DNA of 64,000 nucleotides from an uncultured Gammaproteobacteria bacterium (GTDB lineage Bacteria; Pseudomonadota; Gammaproteobacteria; CAVYTG01): NCBI GenBank assembly GCA_963771515.1, contig CAVYTG010000002.1, positions 46,607 to 110,606 of the forward strand, read 5' to 3'. Shown piece by piece: positions 59,684 to 64,000 of this stretch (position 1 is its first letter; each line of letters starts with the position of its first letter). The notes under the pieces were generated by a model. It saw only the letters and a program-made list of their open reading frames with translations, ran no database searches and was not told where the DNA came from. The position numbers and the translations under genes were made by a program.

Positions 59684-59693
59684 GTTTTAATTC

Positions 59694-62132
59694 CTAAGCC
59701 TCCATCCAGTTGTTTGCCCAGCCCGAAAGCCCTCTTTCTTCAAGCCATCTGGCAGGCCAGCTGTCGCCGTAGTTATCTATCAGGGCTCTCACCTCTCTTC
59801 TTGAAACATCATCAGAACAACCCACAAAACTTAAGGCAACCTCCCCAAGGCCAAAAGAAAACATACGCCTGCCAAGCTCTGATAAGTAGTAGTAATCTCT
59901 TTTCTCAGTTGCACAAGAGAGCAGCTCAATTTCTCGTCGGTTAAGGCCAATGGACTCATAAACAGGCATCATCTGCTGGGTCATTGCCTGGGTATCTGGC
60001 AGCAAGATTTTCGTAGGACACCCGCTTAATAAAATATCCTTAAGCGGGCTGTTGATAGCATCCAGCAGCCGTTGTGTTGCTAACAGTAAAATGACATTTT
60101 TCTTCCTAAGCTCCCGTAGCCATTGCACTATCCTTTCCCGAAAAGCCTCTATCATTAATGCAAGCCATGCCTCATCAATAGGCATAAACGTAGGGCTCCC
60201 ATCAAACCGTTTTTCAATCTGTCGGAAAAGATATAAAAGCACTGGGGCATAATACTTTTCTTTAAGTTCAAGCAAATGTGATAGTTCAAAAACCTGGAAG
60301 CGGGACTTTTTAAGTTGATCTGTTTTGGCATCCAAAAGCTCACCCATTGGACCTTCCAGGGTATAGGGTTTTAAAGCAGCTCTTAAGTTACTGTCTTGCA
60401 CCAGAGCACAATATTCTGTCAAAGACCGGCTGTTAGAAGCTGACAACCTCAGTAAAGCTTCATGGAGCGTATTGGTAATGGCAGGGGTTAACAATATACC
60501 CTGAAGCGTAATCAGACTTTCAATCCAGTCAAGCGCCCAGGCTCTATCATTTGCCGTATCAATATCTTGCAATGGGCAAAAAGAAAGGCTGCCTGTATCC
60601 CCACCAATTTCATAGTGCTCAGCACCACAAGCCTTCGCCAGAACATAGGCAGAATATCCTTTGTCAAACGCAAAAATCTGGGCATTTTTATACCTTAAAA
60701 ACTGCGCAATCAAAAAAGAAATCATGGTTGATTTACCACCACCTGATCGACCCAAAAGTAGCGTGTGACCAAGATCTCCAACATGCAAATTAAGTCTGAA
60801 TGGCGTAAAACCAGTTGTCTTTCCATGACAAAGCGGTGGACTTTTTTCCGGATACATGGGGTTGGGATTGTATTCAAGGCCTGCCCAAATAGATGTTAAG
60901 GGTAACAAATGAGAAAGATTTAACGTGTGGATTAAAGGTCTTCTAACATTTTGCGCATGGTGTCCAGGCAGTGATCCTAAAAATGCTTCCATGGAATTAG
61001 GTCCCTCAATCCGCGCATGAAAACCAAGATTCATGAAAGTTTTGACAATATCTCTTGCCTCTTCCTGTAATAAAATAGGGTCCTTATGTCTTATGACAAT
61101 GACAGATGTGTAGTGACCATATTTTACAAGACCACTTTCATTATCACTGACAGCTCTGGCTGCATCTTTAGCCATCTCATCAGCATCTTCATTTATATTG
61201 CCTGACTGTTTATTGGTAAGCTGATCAAGAAACGGTTTAACCTTTTGTCTCCATTTATCACGATATCTTTCAAGCAAAGGTTTGGCTCGATAGGCTTCAT
61301 AAAAAATAAATCGGGTCGACCAGCGATATTCAAACCCTAAAGTATCCATCTCACTTAAAATGCCAGCAAAGGCATCTTGCGGAAAACCATCAATAGAGAT
61401 CACCTGAACAAAATCATCAACTATCTTGATCTCGTTTCCACCAATAACTTCAACTGCACCTAAAAGCACATCCAGATACATGGGAATGGAGGGAAGTCTT
61501 AATGGATGCTTTTGACCTGTGACTGTATGCTGCAAATATTCAAGCTGGGCATTAAAAACACCAAAATCTCCATTTTTATCCTGTCTTTTGTAGGTTTTAA
61601 GACGCTCAACATAGAAAAAACTCCGGATAAGACTTTCAAAATCTTCTATCTGATTTTTAAACTGCTGTAAAATACGCTCCAAAATCCCTTCATTCGATGT
61701 TTTTTTCTCATATATCCAGTCCACAATCTGATAATTAAGCTTTCCAGGTGGGTGAAAGGTAAGGCTTAATACATAGTCTGTTTCAAAATGATAACCTTCT
61801 GCATTAAACTGAAATCGCCTCTCCTCATCAATAATAAAAGAGGTTTTATCTGGAAATGCACCCTCTTGAGGGTAGCCCCTTGATGGTTTTCTGATCGCAT
61901 CAACATGTAACATCCACCCGCCGCCCAAACACACCAGCCAGTCATTTAAACGGACCGTCAGCTGGTTAAGCTCCTCGTGCGTACAACTTCCCATATCCTT
62001 ACCACGATATCGAAAGGAAGCCATCAGACCTCCGCTTTTTAACTGCACAATCCCATCTTCAGGACAAAGCGCAAAATTAAGCAGATCAGGAAAGGCAAGT
62101 GCCTTACTTCTAAACTCTTTTAGATTAATCAT
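59694..62132 (-). CDS. trbE: TrbE/VirB4 ATPase
   Basis: GHTLLLGRSGGGKS, FDKGYS, IDEAW, ELRKKN motifs. Confidence 0.95.
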   Translation of the reverse strand: MINLKEFRSKALAFPDLLNFALCPEDGIVQLKSGGLMASFRYRGKDMGSCTHEELNQLTVRLNDWLVCLGGGWMLHVDAIRKPSRGYPQEGAFPDKTSFIIDEERRFQFNAEGYHFETDYVLSLTFHPPGKLNYQIVDWIYEKKTSNEGILERILQQFKNQIEDFESLIRSFFYVERLKTYKRQDKNGDFGVFNAQLEYLQHTVTGQKHPLRLPSIPMYLDVLLGAVEVIGGNEIKIVDDFVQVISIDGFPQDAFAGILSEMDTLGFEYRWSTRFIFYEAYRAKPLLERYRDKWRQKVKPFLDQLTNKQSGNINEDADEMAKDAARAVSDNESGLVKYGHYTSVIVIRHKDPILLQEEARDIVKTFMNLGFHARIEGPNSMEAFLGSLPGHHAQNVRRPLIHTLNLSHLLPLTSIWAGLEYNPNPMYPEKSPPLCHGKTTGFTPFRLNLHVGDLGHTLLLGRSGGGKSTMISFLIAQFLRYKNAQIFAFDKGYSAYVLAKACGAEHYEIGGDTGSLSFCPLQDIDTANDRAWALDWIESLITLQGILLTPAITNTLHEALLRLSASNSRSLTEYCALVQDSNLRAALKPYTLEGPMGELLDAKTDQLKKSRFQVFELSHLLELKEKYYAPVLLYLFRQIEKRFDGSPTFMPIDEAWLALMIEAFRERIVQWLRELRKKNVILLLATQRLLDAINSPLKDILLSGCPTKILLPDTQAMTQQMMPVYESIGLNRREIELLSCATEKRDYYYLSELGRRMFSFGLGEVALSFVGCSDDVSRREVRALIDNYGDSWPARWLEERGLSGWANNWMEA

Positions 62133-62135
62133 CTT

Positions 62136-62453
62136 TCAATCCCCATACTTCCAGCTATCAGCCTGAAATGTCGGTGCAAACTCAGTGCTTCTGGCAGGGT
62201 AATATTTTTTATACCTGACAGATCGTATGTAAACCTGACTTAACAAAGGGTCTGCCTTGGCCATCGCCCTAAGTGCCCACAAGTTAAATAACCAGATAAC
62301 AGATATAAAAGGGATAACAAACCAGTGCGTTGCCGTCCCCGCAACCGCGACAGCAAGGATAAGGCTACCCAGTATCAGGTTGCGCTCACAGCCCATAACA
62401 AGATTAGGTCTTGTTAACGAACGTCTAATATCAACTCTGCATGGCTCATCCAT
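62136..62453 (-). CDS. trbD: TrbD/VirB3
   Basis: RPNLVMGCER, MAKADP, YYPARS motifs. Confidence 0.92.
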   Translation of the reverse strand: MDEPCRVDIRRSLTRPNLVMGCERNLILGSLILAVAVAGTATHWFVIPFISVIWLFNLWALRAMAKADPLLSQVYIRSVRYKKYYPARSTEFAPTFQADSWKYGD

Positions 62454-62454
62454 A

Positions 62455-62784
62455 TCACATTCCTATCAATGCACCGCTCGTGCCAAAGATGTATTTGTAA
62501 AAAGAAGTAACAAAAATGACCAGGGAAGCTAAAAGAATCAGAATAAAAAGGGTTCTGACAATAGCACCCATCTCGCCTCCCTGAAGCATCAGTTTCATGG
62601 AAGCACCTATAAAAGAGATCAGGGAAATCAACATTGCAGTCTTCCCAGATAAACCTTTGACCAGCTTTTCCAATGGTGCTTCCCAAGGCATGCCAGTTGT
62701 ATTTGCTAGTGCCATTTGAACTGAAAAAAATAACAGGGTGAACAAAATCACCTGGTAATATCGAACCGTTTTTAATGAAAACAT
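62455..62784 (-). CDS. trbC: TrbC/VirB2 pilin
   Basis: Signal peptide, GMPWEAPL, two hydrophobic helices, GA near the C-terminus. Confidence 0.9.
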   Translation of the reverse strand: MFSLKTVRYYQVILFTLLFFSVQMALANTTGMPWEAPLEKLVKGLSGKTAMLISLISFIGASMKLMLQGGEMGAIVRTLFILILLASLVIFVTSFYKYIFGTSGALIGM

Positions 62785-63890
62785 CTCTCTTCTCCTCTTT
62801 TTGCTTGATGAAATAATGACTCCATCAGGTAATGACCAGACTCATAACCTCTAACATGGGTCATATCGCTTAAAAGGCGACCTGGTTTTCCTGATATTTT
62901 CTCGATAAAAACCACCTGATTAACCGCCTCTGCGATCATTTTGGGATGCGCCCTGATACCTGCGTTCTCTTCAATTAACTGCTCAAGACGAATCAAAGCG
63001 CCCATACAAGAATTTGCATGAAGCGTTGCAACGCCACCTGGATGGCCTGTGTTCCATGCCTTTAAAAGAGAAAGTGCCTCACCTCCTCTCACCTCTCCAA
63101 CGACAATGCGATCAGGGCGAAGGCGCATGGTTGCCCTTAATAACTGTTGCATCCCTATATGATCTGATGTTCTTAAGGAAACCTGGTTTTTAACATCTAC
63201 CTGTAATTCCCTCGTATCCTCAATCGTAATGATTCGATCATCAGGCGATAGCACAGACAGTTCATGCAAAATGGCATTGCTCAACGTTGTTTTGCCAGAG
63301 CCTGTTCCACCTGCAACAATGATATTTTTACGACTCAAAATAGCCTCTTTCAGATAATCAGCAGGTGATGCATCCGGAATATAAGCACCTTCCTCCTTTG
63401 TTTTAGGTGCCTTGTAAGATTTAGAAAATGGGCGAATAATGCCATGCCGCAAATAATCATTTAAGGTAAATAGCCGCTGGGATTTTTTACGAATGGCAAA
63501 TACAGGGGCTGTTACAACAGGAGGCAGCAATCCTTCAAGGCGAGAACCATCCAAAGGAAACTCACCCTCAAGTATCGGAGACTCTCTCGTAATAACCGTT
63601 CCTAGCAAAGTGGCACAGGTTGCCAGAATATTTTCCGCCAGTTGTACCTCCATTTTCTCCCCTGTATCCATCATCCCCGTACTCAAACAGTCAATCCAAA
63701 GACTTCCATCAGGATTTAACATGATCTCAATCACATCAGGATCAAGGAGCCTTTCCATAAAAAAAGCTCCACACTCCCGCTTGAGTTTTTCATATAGGCG
63801 TTCTTTCGAGATATGGTTGGTTATCATAAACGGAACTGCCAGATAAAAAGCAAATTTACAAACGCAAGAACACAGAACCCTATATGCCAT
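62772..63890 (-). CDS. trbB: TrbB/VirB11 ATPase (start may be 63827)
   Basis: EIMLNPDG, GGTGSGKTT, IEDTREL, MRLRPDRIVVGEVR, AWNTGHPGG. Confidence 0.95.
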   Translation of the reverse strand: MAYRVLCSCVCKFAFYLAVPFMITNHISKERLYEKLKRECGAFFMERLLDPDVIEIMLNPDGSLWIDCLSTGMMDTGEKMEVQLAENILATCATLLGTVITRESPILEGEFPLDGSRLEGLLPPVVTAPVFAIRKKSQRLFTLNDYLRHGIIRPFSKSYKAPKTKEEGAYIPDASPADYLKEAILSRKNIIVAGGTGSGKTTLSNAILHELSVLSPDDRIITIEDTRELQVDVKNQVSLRTSDHIGMQQLLRATMRLRPDRIVVGEVRGGEALSLLKAWNTGHPGGVATLHANSCMGALIRLEQLIEENAGIRAHPKMIAEAVNQVVFIEKISGKPGRLLSDMTHVRGYESGHYLMESLFHQAKRGEERCFH

Positions 63891-64000
63891 TTTAAATATC
63901 GATACTTGGCTCTCTCCGATTCAAAAACAATCCATGCCAGGACAGGTGGAACTACCAAAAATATAAGTGTCATAATTAAAAGTAATTTAAATAAAACAAC

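Noticed and set aside
1-64000. rRNA, tRNA, integron and rep/par genes
   Set aside because: None recognised, so plasmid versus ICE cannot be decided from this window.

Overview
An AT-rich, IS-riddled 64 kb segment of a conjugative plasmid or ICE. The gene content suggests a host-associated, probably intracellular gammaproteobacterium (Legionellales/Coxiellaceae-like); this assignment is inference. It holds a complete P-type trbBCDEJKLFGI-traF-slt-traG type IV secretion operon (minus strand, 49.8-63.9 kb). That operon ends in an antitoxin gene and an AbiEii toxin carrying a relaxase-like C-terminal tail. A separate MOBF TrwB/TrwC module lies at 10.3-14.6 kb. Eukaryote-like candidate effectors include a kinase-NACHT-pentapeptide-WD40-CaaX protein, a small WD40-CaaX protein, an ankyrin-deaminase, an ankyrin/coiled-coil protein and a TM/J-domain protein. 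Also present are a Tus-like gene with Ter-like inverted sites, a phaC/H+-ATPase/fabI/maoC-pta cluster, three RelE/HigBA-type TA pairs and two DUF1016 genes. Mobile DNA includes three IS6 copies, a complete Tn3-family transposon, IS4/IS5/IS701/IS982/IS256 remnants, a 208-bp MITE and an unexplained short mobile end. All family assignments come from motif recognition by eye; no database searches were run.
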